A stretch of 33,978 bases of DNA from an uncultured Eubacteriales bacterium. Lineage in GTDB: Bacteria; Bacillota; Clostridia; TANB77; CAG-508. How positions within the stretch are numbered: position 1 is the first letter of the stretch; each line of letters opens with the position of its first letter. Positions 9,865-19,608 of the stretch are shown here, in pieces. The notes below the pieces were generated by a model, which was not told the DNA's origin, did no database searches, and was given only the letters and a program-made list of their open reading frames with translations. The stretch is taken from the NCBI GenBank assembly GCA_902488785.1, contig CABTXJ010000002.1:1-33978 (forward strand), given 5' to 3'. The position numbers and the translations under genes were made by a program.

Positions 9865-12800
9865 ATGAAAATATATTTAGGAGCAATAGGAACAGACAGT
9901 AATAAAAAGTTTTTAGAAAATATAATAGAAGAAAAGAAGCTATATGAAAAGCAATATGTATTAGTACCAGAAAATATAAGCTATTATTATGAAGAGAAAT
10001 TATTAGAAAATGGAAGTAATATGCAAATAGAAATAATTACTTTCAATAGGTTGCAATACTTACTTTTTAAGAATACAAAATATAATAATATATCATATGT
10101 AGATGATATATTAAGAAAAATGTATATTAAAAAAGCAATATCTAATTTAGATATTACATTACTTAAAAAAGATAAGAATATATCTGAGATAGATAAGATG
10201 ATAGTTAGGTTAAAAGAACAAGGTATTAAAAATGATGAACTAAAACAAAAAATTACAAATAATGAAAATATACATGGAATACTTAAGATAAAATTAGAAG
10301 AATTAATACAAATTATTGAAGAATATGACAAGCTTTTAGAAGACAAGAAAGACAAGGCAGAAGAGCTATCTATTGTATTAGATGCAATTAAAGAAAGTAC
10401 TGTATTTGAAGATGCTAAACTATATATTACAGGTTTTACAAATTTTACACTAATGCAATTTAAGGTATTAGAAGAAATAATTAGAAAATGTAAAGATGTT
10501 GATGTTGAAATTACAATAGACGATTTAGGCTCTAAAAATAGTATATTCAAAGAAGCAAGTACAACATTAAATAATATAATTGGATACATGAGTGCAAAAG
10601 GAAATATATCTTTCGAAAAGTTTGAAGAAGATAATTATCACAAAAGTATGCTAGGAAAGTTAAATAATGCACTAGCATCAAAAGATATTATATATGCTGA
10701 AAATAATTACAATGAAGATGGTAATAGAATAGAAAAAAATAGTGACGAAGAAGAAAAGCAAATACAACTTATGTATTACCCATCTAAAAAAGAAGAAATA
10801 GCAAGGCTTGCAAATAATATATATAATGATATGAAAAAAGGTGTATCTGCAAATGATATACAAGTAATTGCAAATGATAGTAGCAAATACTACAACTATA
10901 TACAAACAGAATTTGCTAAATATGGTATACGAATAAATATTGGTGAAAACAAAAGTATTGTATCAGACCAAATAATTACATATATACTAAATCTTTTAAA
11001 TGCAATACTAGGTAAGGTAGATAGTATAATTGCACTTGCTAAAATGGGATACTTTAAAGAATATGATATATCATTAGATGATATATATATATTAGAAAAC
11101 TATATGAAAAAGTGGGACATACAAGATCTATCTAGGTATGGTAAGTTTAGGTATGAAAAAGATAGACCAGACTTTGATACTATAGTTACAACTAAAAGCA
11201 AACTACTTAAAATACTAACAGATGTTATACAAAATATTGTAGAAGAAACAAGCGAAAATACAAATATAGTTGAAGAAGAACTGGATGAAGAAAAAATATA
11301 CAAGGCATTTAATAGTTACTCGGAAAAGATAAAAAAGATAATGGTATCTTCTGAAGCAGTAACAAAAGAAATAGTAATACACCTTAAGAAAAATAATATA
11401 TATGCAAAAATATATAATGAAATATTAAAATTAGACGACATTAAAAAAGTAACAGAATATAAAAATAGTTTGAATATACTAAATGAAGTATTAGACAAAA
11501 TGTCACAAATTGGTGAAATTACAATATATGATTACGCAAGTTATTTAGAAGAAGTATTAAAAGAAAACACACAAAGAGAAACACCAGTTAAAAATGCAGT
11601 AGACTTTAGGACTTCAAATAATATATTTAAAGACAAAAAAATAACATATGTAATGTCTGTACAAGATGGAGTATTCCCAAAGGAAACTACTGTATCTGGA
11701 CTAATAGACGAAGATGAAAATATAGTTTTAAGAGCATCAGATATTAACATATATAATACACTAGAAGAAGATGAAACTAAAAACTATATGCAAATATATA
11801 ATACACTAATGGCAGCAAGTGATAAGGTGGTGTTATCATATACAAATAATGATGATTTTACTGAAGAAGAAATAGTACCAAGTTACTATATTTCTAGGAT
11901 AGAAAAGATATTAAAAAATAATGATATTAAGTATACAAAAAGTAGCAAGGAAGATTATGCTACAGATGGTAAGTATAATTGCTATATACCATACAAAGAT
12001 GAAGGATATATAGTTAAAATAATTACAGAACTTGAAAAAGAAATATTAAAATCAGAAAAATATAATATGGTTTATGAATATATTTTAGAAAATGTACCAA
12101 ATACAAAAAAAGCAATGCTTGATTTAACAATATATTTAGCTAAGAAAATAACAAGGTACAATATGATAATTAAAAATAGTGTTGAGTACAAAAACAAGAT
12201 AGACAGGCTTTTAGAAATATATGATAACTTTGAAATAGTAGAAAATGATAATGATGATAGTGTTAGTGAGAATACTAATGCTAATAATAATGAAATTGAT
12301 AGTACAGAATTAGAATATGAAAAGAGAAAATTAGAAATAGAATTATTTGAAGAAGAAATAGAAAGAGAAAATTTTAAAAAGAAAATACAAAATAGGAAAT
12401 ATAATATACTAGAATATTATATGAATATGGCTAAGATATATACAGAAATTAACAATGAAATAATATATAATTTTGGATTTGAAAAAGTATACATAGCGGC
12501 AGAAAAAGAAAATAACCCAAATAACTTACCGAAAGATATATTAAACAAACTATATAAAAATGACCTTTCTATGACAATATCTAGGCTTGAAAAATATGCG
12601 GGGTGTCCATTTGCATACCATATTAGATATATGCTTTCTGTAGAAAAAGCAAGAACTAGCAAACTTGAAAGCTTAGATACTGGTTCATTCATACATGATG
12701 TAATTAAAAAGGTATTTGATGAGGTACAAAAAGGAAACCTTAAGTTAAAAGGAAAACTAGAAGATGAAGCACTACTTAAGCTAAAACTAAGAGCAATAGA

Positions 12801-13731
12801 AGATAGTGATCTAAAAAAAGATATTGCACTTTACGAAAATGATATAGCAAAAGTGGTAGATGATGCTATAGTAGATACATTAAAAGAAACAAGATATGAG
12901 AAAATACTATCAAATAGCAAATCAAAAAAGATAAGTGAAAACTTAAAAAGGGAAATATATAATGCATGTATACAAATTGCTGAAACATTAAGGCTTTCAG
13001 AATATGATATATATGGAAATGAAATAGAAATTGGAATACATGAAAGCCCCAATTCATTAGATAATGTAAAAATAGAGTTTGATGTAGAAGGAGCTAAAAA
13101 GGCAATTAATATATTTGGTAAAGTAGATAGAGCAGATATATTAGAAGATAATATTAGGATAGTAGACTATAAGACTAGTAAAAATGATATAGACACAAAC
13201 AAGGTAAGAGCAGGACTTCAGCTTCAGCTAATAATATATGCAAGTGCATTAGAAGAACTTTTAGAAAAAGAAAACAAAGGATTACTATATCAACAAATTA
13301 CAACTAGAGATATGAAAATTAGCTATATTAACGAAGATAATATGTATGAAACAGCGTACAAAAACAAGTACCAAAAGATGCAAGGCCTTATTGTATCTGA
13401 TGGTATAGAAGAACTATATAATATGGATAAGACATTAGAAAATACAAATAATTCAAATATTATACCAGTAAGGCTTAAAAAAGATGGAACACCAGATAGG
13501 TTCTCTAAAGTAATTGCAAATAATGACTACAAAGAATTAAAAGAAGATGCTAAAAATGCAGTAATTGATTTATCTAAAAATATATTAAAAGGAAATGTAG
13601 ATATATATCCAAGTAAGTATTATGTAACACCTAAGGTACAAGAAAAAGCTTGTAGGTTCTGTGACTATGAAAGTATTTGTAAGTTTGGAAAACAAAACAA
13701 GTATAGGATAATTAATAAGAATAATGAATAA
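9865..13731 (+). CDS. addB: AddB-type helicase-nuclease subunit B (PD-(D/E)xK nuclease with Fe-S cluster cysteines), degenerate N-terminal Walker A
   Basis: 1288 aa. The C-terminal nuclease has GCPFAYHIRY, GSFIHDV, VDRADILEDNIRIVDYKTSK and CRFCDYESIC. This gives the 1+3 Cys pattern of the AddB iron-sulfur staple. The N-terminus reads MKIYLGAIGTDSNKK where the usual GRAGSGKS/T is expected. Confidence 0.85.
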   Translation: MKIYLGAIGTDSNKKFLENIIEEKKLYEKQYVLVPENISYYYEEKLLENGSNMQIEIITFNRLQYLLFKNTKYNNISYVDDILRKMYIKKAISNLDITLLKKDKNISEIDKMIVRLKEQGIKNDELKQKITNNENIHGILKIKLEELIQIIEEYDKLLEDKKDKAEELSIVLDAIKESTVFEDAKLYITGFTNFTLMQFKVLEEIIRKCKDVDVEITIDDLGSKNSIFKEASTTLNNIIGYMSAKGNISFEKFEEDNYHKSMLGKLNNALASKDIIYAENNYNEDGNRIEKNSDEEEKQIQLMYYPSKKEEIARLANNIYNDMKKGVSANDIQVIANDSSKYYNYIQTEFAKYGIRINIGENKSIVSDQIITYILNLLNAILGKVDSIIALAKMGYFKEYDISLDDIYILENYMKKWDIQDLSRYGKFRYEKDRPDFDTIVTTKSKLLKILTDVIQNIVEETSENTNIVEEELDEEKIYKAFNSYSEKIKKIMVSSEAVTKEIVIHLKKNNIYAKIYNEILKLDDIKKVTEYKNSLNILNEVLDKMSQIGEITIYDYASYLEEVLKENTQRETPVKNAVDFRTSNNIFKDKKITYVMSVQDGVFPKETTVSGLIDEDENIVLRASDINIYNTLEEDETKNYMQIYNTLMAASDKVVLSYTNNDDFTEEEIVPSYYISRIEKILKNNDIKYTKSSKEDYATDGKYNCYIPYKDEGYIVKIITELEKEILKSEKYNMVYEYILENVPNTKKAMLDLTIYLAKKITRYNMIIKNSVEYKNKIDRLLEIYDNFEIVENDNDDSVSENTNANNNEIDSTELEYEKRKLEIELFEEEIERENFKKKIQNRKYNILEYYMNMAKIYTEINNEIIYNFGFEKVYIAAEKENNPNNLPKDILNKLYKNDLSMTISRLEKYAGCPFAYHIRYMLSVEKARTSKLESLDTGSFIHDVIKKVFDEVQKGNLKLKGKLEDEALLKLKLRAIEDSDLKKDIALYENDIAKVVDDAIVDTLKETRYEKILSNSKSKKISENLKREIYNACIQIAETLRLSEYDIYGNEIEIGIHESPNSLDNVKIEFDVEGAKKAINIFGKVDRADILEDNIRIVDYKTSKNDIDTNKVRAGLQLQLIIYASALEELLEKENKGLLYQQITTRDMKISYINEDNMYETAYKNKYQKMQGLIVSDGIEELYNMDKTLENTNNSNIIPVRLKKDGTPDRFSKVIANNDYKELKEDAKNAVIDLSKNILKGNVDIYPSKYYVTPKVQEKACRFCDYESICKFGKQNKYRIINKNNE

Positions 13732-13859
13732 TTAATAAAAAAATAATATAATTGATTATTATTAAATACAAATTTAAAAAAATGTGTTAAAATATATGAT
13801 ATACTAGAGATAATAGAAAAAGAAAACAACAATTAATTGAAAGGATAAAATAATATATT

Positions 13860-14474
13860 ATGTATTTAATTGCAGGATTAGGAAACCCAGATAAGAAATA
13901 TGAAAGAACAAGACATAATATGGGATATTGTGTAGTAGATAGAATTGCTAAGGCAAATAATGCGGATTTTAAAAAAGGAAAAAATGCATATGAGTTAAAA
14001 TTAAAAATGTATTCTAAAGATTGCATTTTAATAAAACCTACTACATATATGAACCTATCAGGGATTGCCATACAAGAATATATGAATTATTACAAGATAC
14101 CAGCTAAAAATATTATTGTAATATATGATGAAAAAGACTTTGAACCAGGAATAGTAAAGATTAGAAAAGGTGGTTCATCTGCAGGTCATAATGGTATTAA
14201 AAGTATAAGAGAATATGTAGATGACTTTGTGAGGGTAAGAGTTGGTATTGGAAAACCAAAATATGCAAATGATATGATAAACCATGTAATTGGTAAAGTA
14301 TCAGATGAAGAGTACGAGGAACTATATGAAGGTGTAAAGCTTGGTGAAAAAGCAGTAATCGATATAATTAAAAATGGTGTAGACCATGCTATGAATACAT
14401 ATAATAGGAATGGAAAAAAGAAAGTAAAAAAGGAAGAAAGTAAGAAAGGAAATGAAAAAGAAGATGGAAAATAA
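13860..14474 (+). CDS. pth: Peptidyl-tRNA hydrolase with Lys/Glu-rich C-terminal tail
   Basis: The canonical N-terminus is MYLIAGLGNPDKKYERTRHNMGY. Further motifs are PTTYMNLSG and GGSSAGHNGIKS. The tail is NGKKKVKKEESKKGNEKEDGK. Confidence 0.95.
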   Translation: MYLIAGLGNPDKKYERTRHNMGYCVVDRIAKANNADFKKGKNAYELKLKMYSKDCILIKPTTYMNLSGIAIQEYMNYYKIPAKNIIVIYDEKDFEPGIVKIRKGGSSAGHNGIKSIREYVDDFVRVRVGIGKPKYANDMINHVIGKVSDEEYEELYEGVKLGEKAVIDIIKNGVDHAMNTYNRNGKKKVKKEESKKGNEKEDGK

Positions 14475-15402
14475 TGAAGTAATATATATAACAGGACATA
14501 AAAATCCAGATACAGACTCAATAGTATCTGCATTAGTTGCAGAATACCTATTTAAAAAATTAGGAGTAAATGTTAAAGCAAATAAGCAAGGTGAAGTATC
14601 AAAAGAAACACAATTTGTTTTAGAAGCATGTAATTTAGAAGCACCTGAAACAAATACAAGTTTTAAAGAAGGTACACATGTAATATTAGTAGATCATAAT
14701 GCTAAAGCTGAAACATTAGATAATATTGATGAATTAGTAATAGATAGAGTAATAGACCACCATGCAGTAAAACTTATGGTAGGATACCCATTATATTATA
14801 GGGCAGAGCCTGTAGGATGTACAAATACAATATTATATAAAATGTATGTAGAAAATAATGTGGAAATACCACAAAATATAGCTAAAGCTATGTTATCTGC
14901 AATAATTTCAGACACATTATTATTTAAATCACCAACATGCACTGAAGAAGACAAGATAGTTGCAAAAGAATTAGAACACATAGCTAAAGTAGATGCAAAA
15001 GAATATGGTATGGAACTATTAAAAGCAGGAACAGACCTTTCTGCATATACAATAGACGAGATATTAAACTTAGATGCTAAGACTGTAGAAATAGGGGATA
15101 CTAAAGGAATAGTTGCACAAATTACTACAGCAGATATACCAAAAACAATGGAAATGCAAAATGATTTAGAAGAAGGAATTAAAAATATAATAGGAGAAAA
15201 AGGTTTAGACTTCTATATATTATTAGTAACAGATATTATAAATAGTAATTCACAAGTAATTGCATTAGGTGAAAAAGCTGAAATAGTAGAAAAAGCATAT
15301 AATGACAAGCTTGCAAATAATACTATGTTAGTTAAAGGACTAGTATCTAGAAAGAAACAAGTAATACCAGTAATTACAGATGTTGTAACTGGAAATAACT
15401 AG
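14464..15402 (+). CDS. ppaC: Family II (Mn-dependent) inorganic pyrophosphatase, DHH/DHHA2
   Basis: Motifs are ITGHKNPDTDSIVSA, VDHN, IDHH, FKSPTCT and GLVSRKKQVIP. The track start is 14452. The ATG at 14464 gives the short N-terminus typical of the family. Either start overlaps the pth 3' end. Confidence 0.92.
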   Translation: MENNEVIYITGHKNPDTDSIVSALVAEYLFKKLGVNVKANKQGEVSKETQFVLEACNLEAPETNTSFKEGTHVILVDHNAKAETLDNIDELVIDRVIDHHAVKLMVGYPLYYRAEPVGCTNTILYKMYVENNVEIPQNIAKAMLSAIISDTLLFKSPTCTEEDKIVAKELEHIAKVDAKEYGMELLKAGTDLSAYTIDEILNLDAKTVEIGDTKGIVAQITTADIPKTMEMQNDLEEGIKNIIGEKGLDFYILLVTDIINSNSQVIALGEKAEIVEKAYNDKLANNTMLVKGLVSRKKQVIPVITDVVTGNN

Positions 15403-15520
15403 AATAAAAAAAGCTAAAAGCTAAAAGTTAAAAGTTATAAAAGCAAATAACAAAATGAAAGAGTAAAACTAAAGATAAAAACAAAAGATAAGAAAGAAAA
15501 TATGAGTATATAGGGATAGT

Positions 15521-17242
15521 ATGGAAAAAAATAAGAAAAGAGCAATTATAGCTATTTTAATAATTATAGTTTTAATAATATGCTATATGATATTTAAACC
15601 AAAAAAGAATAATGTAGTTGAAGAAATACATGAAAATAAATATCTTATACTTCAAGAAGCAGGTAAAGAAGGAGTTATTGACACAAAGGGCAATGTAGTA
15701 ATTGACCCTGACTATACACAAATAATAGTACCTGATTTAGCTAAAGATGTTTTTTGCGCATATGATGAAGAAAAGAATATTAAAGTTTTGAATAGCAAAA
15801 AAGAAAATATATTTAATGAATATGATAATTTAGAACCTGTAGAAGGAAATAGGAAAGATACTGAAAATCAATATAGGCCAGTATTAAGGTTTAAAAAATA
15901 TGATAAGTATGGTCTTATTAATCTAGATGGAAAAGAAATTGTTAAACCTATATATGATGAGATAAAAGCTGTAGATAATGATTTTAATAATTACAAAGTT
16001 AAAAAAGATGGCAAATATGGCTTAGTAGATAATTCTGGAAATATCATATTAAAAGAAGAATATACAGAAATTAAAAGTAATAATAAGTCAATGTGGGAAG
16101 ACAAAAATGTACAAAATGGTTATAAAATAATAAAAATGGGATCAAATGGACCAATAGAAGGATTTGCTACTGAAAAAGGAAAAATAATAGTACCAGTTAA
16201 ATATGAAAGTGTAGAAAAACAAGAAATACCTTCAGAAGATTATTTTGTGGCAGTACAAGAACAAGGTAAAAAAGGATTATACAAAAATAATAGACAAATA
16301 CTAAGAAGTGAGTATCAAGAGATATCTAGTACAAAAAATAATTTGATATTTAAAAGATATGGTAAATATGGAATTACTAACTTAGATGGAAAAGAGATCA
16401 TAGGTCAAAGATTTTTAGGATATGTACCACTTAAAGAGCATGTTGTATTTAACAATGAAGATAAGGAATATGTATTTGATAAAAATGGTAATATGATTGG
16501 AAAAGGAATGTATAAGATAATTGAAGTTGTAGCAGATGGAAATTATATTATATGTGAAAACTATGCAGGAGAAAGACTTGTAATAGATAGAAAAGGTGAT
16601 GAAGTAGTAAATGACAAGCTACTTGATGTGTTATATGCATTTGATGATGTGTTTATTGGAGTTAAAGAAACAGGATATGGTGCATATAGTGTTAAAAATG
16701 GTAATATTATTAATTGTGAATATGAGTATTTAAACAAGGTAGTTGGAACAAAAATACTAATATCTAGTAAGAATGAAGGAAAAGAAACTACACTATATAA
16801 TAGTAATGGTGAAAAAATAGAAACAAAAGATAATTTTGTAGTAGATGTAATCAAAGATAAGGTAGTTAAAATATTTGATGCAACTGATATTAAATACTAT
16901 GATTTAAATGGAAAAGAAATAGAACTAAAAAACAATTTAGATTTAATAGCATATCCATTTAAAGAAAATAATAAGTGGGGATTCAAAAACAAAGAAGGAA
17001 ATATCGTAGTAGATGCTAAATATGATAGGGTAGGTGAATTTAATAAATATGGATTTGCATCTGTTATGAAAGATTCTAAATGGGGAAGCATAGATAGTAA
17101 GTTTAATATTGTGTTAGAGCCAGAAATAACATTAGACCCAAATATAATACCTAAGTTTGTAGGTAAGTACCTAATAGATGGTGAAGATAATATAATGGCT
17201 ATGAAGGTAAGTGAAGGTCAAAATATATCACCTATGGATTAA
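15521..17242 (+). CDS. Membrane-anchored WG-repeat (KWG-type) protein
   Basis: N-terminal TM segment. There are many repeats of the form K(Y/W)G(L/F)I(N/D)..G..I(V/I)....Y(D/E).I. Examples are KYGLINLDGKEIVKPIYDEI, KYGLVDNSGNIILKEEYTEI and KWGFKNKEGNIVVDAKYDRV. Confidence 0.75.
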   Translation: MEKNKKRAIIAILIIIVLIICYMIFKPKKNNVVEEIHENKYLILQEAGKEGVIDTKGNVVIDPDYTQIIVPDLAKDVFCAYDEEKNIKVLNSKKENIFNEYDNLEPVEGNRKDTENQYRPVLRFKKYDKYGLINLDGKEIVKPIYDEIKAVDNDFNNYKVKKDGKYGLVDNSGNIILKEEYTEIKSNNKSMWEDKNVQNGYKIIKMGSNGPIEGFATEKGKIIVPVKYESVEKQEIPSEDYFVAVQEQGKKGLYKNNRQILRSEYQEISSTKNNLIFKRYGKYGITNLDGKEIIGQRFLGYVPLKEHVVFNNEDKEYVFDKNGNMIGKGMYKIIEVVADGNYIICENYAGERLVIDRKGDEVVNDKLLDVLYAFDDVFIGVKETGYGAYSVKNGNIINCEYEYLNKVVGTKILISSKNEGKETTLYNSNGEKIETKDNFVVDVIKDKVVKIFDATDIKYYDLNGKEIELKNNLDLIAYPFKENNKWGFKNKEGNIVVDAKYDRVGEFNKYGFASVMKDSKWGSIDSKFNIVLEPEITLDPNIIPKFVGKYLIDGEDNIMAMKVSEGQNISPMD

Positions 17243-17323
17243 TATACAAAGCAAAAAAATATATGAAAAATACCAAAAACAAAAACATAAAACTTAAAAC
17301 ATAAAATTATATGGAATATATGA

Positions 17324-17360
17324 AAGCTTTAGATAATGCAAATTGTCTATAGCTTTTTTA
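17324..17360 (+). terminator. Rho-independent terminator after the WG-repeat gene
   Basis: AAGCTTTAGA (17324-17333) pairs with TCTATAGCTT (17346-17355) with one mismatch, then a T-run. Confidence 0.65.
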
Positions 17361-17425
17361 ATAATTATAAATTGATTTAATACGATATAGGATTATTACG
17401 GTTATATATAATAGGAGGTGAGTTA

Positions 17426-17611
17426 ATGAAAGAATTAGATGTTGTAAGATTGAAAGAAGACTATAAAGAAATAAGTAAAGGTACAAGTGGAACAATTGTT
17501 CTACTTTATGACGAGAAAAATTGTGAGGTTGAATTTTTTGATAAAGATGGTAATACAATAGATGTAGTTATGATACCTTTAAACAAATTAGAACTTGTAG
17601 ATTCAGTTTAA
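17426..17611 (+). CDS. DUF4926-like small protein (61 aa)
   Basis: Strong RBS AGGAGGTG. The pattern ELDVVRL...ISKGTSGTIVLLYDEKNCEVEFFDKDGNTIDVVMIPLNKLELV matches my memory of the DUF4926 family layout. Confidence 0.6.
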   Translation: MKELDVVRLKEDYKEISKGTSGTIVLLYDEKNCEVEFFDKDGNTIDVVMIPLNKLELVDSV

Positions 17612-17759
17612 TTGACTAGGATTAGTATAGATGGTATTATTTAGAAGAACAAAAGAAATATATTAAAAAACTTTTAAAATATAATTATATTTAAAGTTAA
17701 AATATGATATTTAAATATGTGGCATTAGTTAAAAAGAAAAGTATATGAAAGAGGATATT

Positions 17760-18596
17760 ATGACTAAGGTTTTGAAAAGCAAAGAACAAATAGAAAAGAT
17801 TAAAGACAACATTAAGAAAGTTACTAAAAACATGGAAGAAGAACCAATAGTTGCAATTATTAGAGTAGGCGAAAAGCCAGATGATATATCATATGAAAAT
17901 GGAATAACAAAAAAGGCAAAAGAATTAGGAATATGTATACAAATATTTAAATTTGATGAAACTGAAAATACTGAGGTAATTGTTGAAAGAATAAGAAGGT
18001 TAAATGATGATGAAAAAGTTAAGGGCATTTTAGTATTTAAGCCACTACCTAATACTATTGATGAAAAACAAATTGATGAAGCAATTAGCTACAAAAAAGA
18101 TATTGATTGCATTAGCCCAATAAGCAAAAGCAGGTTATCTGATGGTGATGTTACAGGATTTATACCAAATGCTCCTAAAGCGGCAATTAGGATTTTAGAA
18201 TACTATGGTTATGATTTAGCTAAAAATTGCTTGATTATTAACAGAACAAGTGTAGTAGGAAAACCACTGTTGATGCTACTTTTAGATAAAAATGCAACAG
18301 TTACAATTGCACATTCTAAAACTAAAAACCTAAAAGAACTTACTAAATCTGCAGACTATATTTTTACTGCTACAGGAAAGAAAAGGATTTTTGATAAAAG
18401 CTTTTTCAAAAAAGATGCAGTAGTAATAGATATGGGAATTGCTATAGACGAAAATGGCAAGCTTGTAGGCGATTTAGATACAGAAGGGATAGAAGGATAT
18501 ATTAAAGCATATACGCCTGTACCAGGTGGAATAGGAGCTCTTACTAGTATATTATTATTAGAATCTGCTGTAATTAATAATTTTAATAATGATTAA
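17760..18596 (+). CDS. folD: FolD-family protein (methylenetetrahydrofolate dehydrogenase/cyclohydrolase-like), divergent at signature motifs
   Basis: Overall FolD architecture is present: SYENGITKKAKELGI, LNDDEKVKGILVFKPLP, NRTSVVGKPLLMLLLDKNATVTIAHSKT and YTPVPGGIGALTSILLLES. The ATG at 17760 follows AAGAGG. The track start is 17745. Confidence 0.75.
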   Translation: MTKVLKSKEQIEKIKDNIKKVTKNMEEEPIVAIIRVGEKPDDISYENGITKKAKELGICIQIFKFDETENTEVIVERIRRLNDDEKVKGILVFKPLPNTIDEKQIDEAISYKKDIDCISPISKSRLSDGDVTGFIPNAPKAAIRILEYYGYDLAKNCLIINRTSVVGKPLLMLLLDKNATVTIAHSKTKNLKELTKSADYIFTATGKKRIFDKSFFKKDAVVIDMGIAIDENGKLVGDLDTEGIEGYIKAYTPVPGGIGALTSILLLESAVINNFNND

Positions 18597-18617
18597 AAAA
18601 TATTTAAATATTCTATG

Positions 18618-18646
18618 AAGCTAGAGCAAAAGCTCTAGCTTTTTAT
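18618..18646 (+). terminator. Rho-independent terminator after folD-like gene
   Basis: AGCTAGAGC (18619-18627) pairs with GCTCTAGCT (18632-18640) across a 4-nt loop, followed by TTTTT. Confidence 0.85.
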
Positions 18647-18817
18647 ATTTAAAAAACATTTAGAAATATAATTAAAAGATAAAAAGATAGAATAATAAAA
18701 AATAAAAAGATAATAAAAATACATATTATTATTGAATTAATGATTCTAGTATTATATTTTTAATATAGTTAAAAATTAATATTGTAAGTAATATAAGTAA
18801 TAAAAGAGGTGACATAT

Positions 18818-19060
18818 ATGATTTACGAAAAAGTAATGCTTACAGACGCGAGATATGATCATATGTTTGAATCAGATATCATTAAATATGAAAAAGAGAT
18901 AATTGATTCATTCGTAGCTCAGTACAAAGAAGAAGGATTAAAAGATGAAGTTATTAACTTGAGGATAGTAGAATACTTATCATATAAAAAGTTAAGAACA
19001 GTAAATGTAATTGGACAAAGGGCAATTGAAAAATTAATTGATGAATATCTAGAAAAATAG
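18818..19060 (+). CDS. Hypothetical small cytoplasmic protein (80 aa)
   Basis: The ATG at 18818 lies 8 nt after AAGAGG. The track uses the GTG at 18809. I recognise no family. The segment TVNVIGQRAIEKLIDEY is weakly helix-hairpin-helix-like. Confidence 0.55.
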   Translation: MIYEKVMLTDARYDHMFESDIIKYEKEIIDSFVAQYKEEGLKDEVINLRIVEYLSYKKLRTVNVIGQRAIEKLIDEYLEK

Positions 19061-19086
19061 CAACCAAAAATGTTGCTATTTTTTAT
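19054..19086. terminator. Bidirectional terminator between convergent genes
   Basis: ATAGCAAC (19057-19064) pairs with GTTGCTAT (19072-19079). An A-run and a T-run flank the stem. The stop codon of the upstream gene lies in the stem. Confidence 0.7.
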
Positions 19087-19135
19087 TGCTTTTTATTATT
19101 AAATTGAAGTTATTAAATAATTATATGATTATGTG

Positions 19136-19429
19136 TTACTCTTCATTTTTTATTAATTCTTCATTATTAATTGGAACTAATTTGTATAATACATCTTTTT
19201 TATCAAAATCCTTTTTTTCTAAAGCTTTTTTAAATTCTTCTGGACTTTTAGTCATTTCAAATGTATAACCTGCATCTTTTGCAGCTTCTATTCTTGAATA
19301 TTCCATTCTACTTGATTTAAGTGAATTCATTTTTTCTTTGTTATAATTATAACCCAATATACATATACATATTATAGCTAATAGCAATAATATTACTAAA
19401 ACTATATTATCTTTACTTTTGTTTTCCAT
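19136..19429 (-). CDS. Small single-pass membrane protein (97 aa), paralog of 9383..9595
   Basis: RBS is AGGAGAAG. The TM segment is IVLVILLLLAIICICILG. It shares the AGY-containing motif with the 70-aa protein at 9383..9595. Confidence 0.65.
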   Translation of the reverse strand: MENKSKDNIVLVILLLLAIICICILGYNYNKEKMNSLKSSRMEYSRIEAAKDAGYTFEMTKSPEEFKKALEKKDFDKKDVLYKLVPINNEELIKNEE

Positions 19430-19608
19430 AAATCTTCTCCTATGTTTATGAAATATTCCAAATATATTATATACTTTTTTAAATTGTAAAAAAAGGTAAA
19501 AGTGGTATTATATTTGAAATGTAGTTAAATAAATTTTATTATTTTGTATTTGATTTTCCTTTAATTTAAAGGTTTTTAATAGCTTTTTTAATTTTTCACT
19601 GAAAATAG

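Noticed and set aside
9987-13057. Multiple antisense ORFs inside addB (for example 9987..10589, 12417..12692, 12831..13052)
   Set aside because: This is the same antisense low-complexity artefact. addB carries clear motifs across the whole interval.
19086-19268. 60-aa plus-strand ORF overlapping the 19136..19429 gene
   Set aside because: It lies antisense to a small gene that has a good RBS, a TM helix and a paralog elsewhere in the window. The plus-strand ORF starts inside a terminator T-run and has no RBS.
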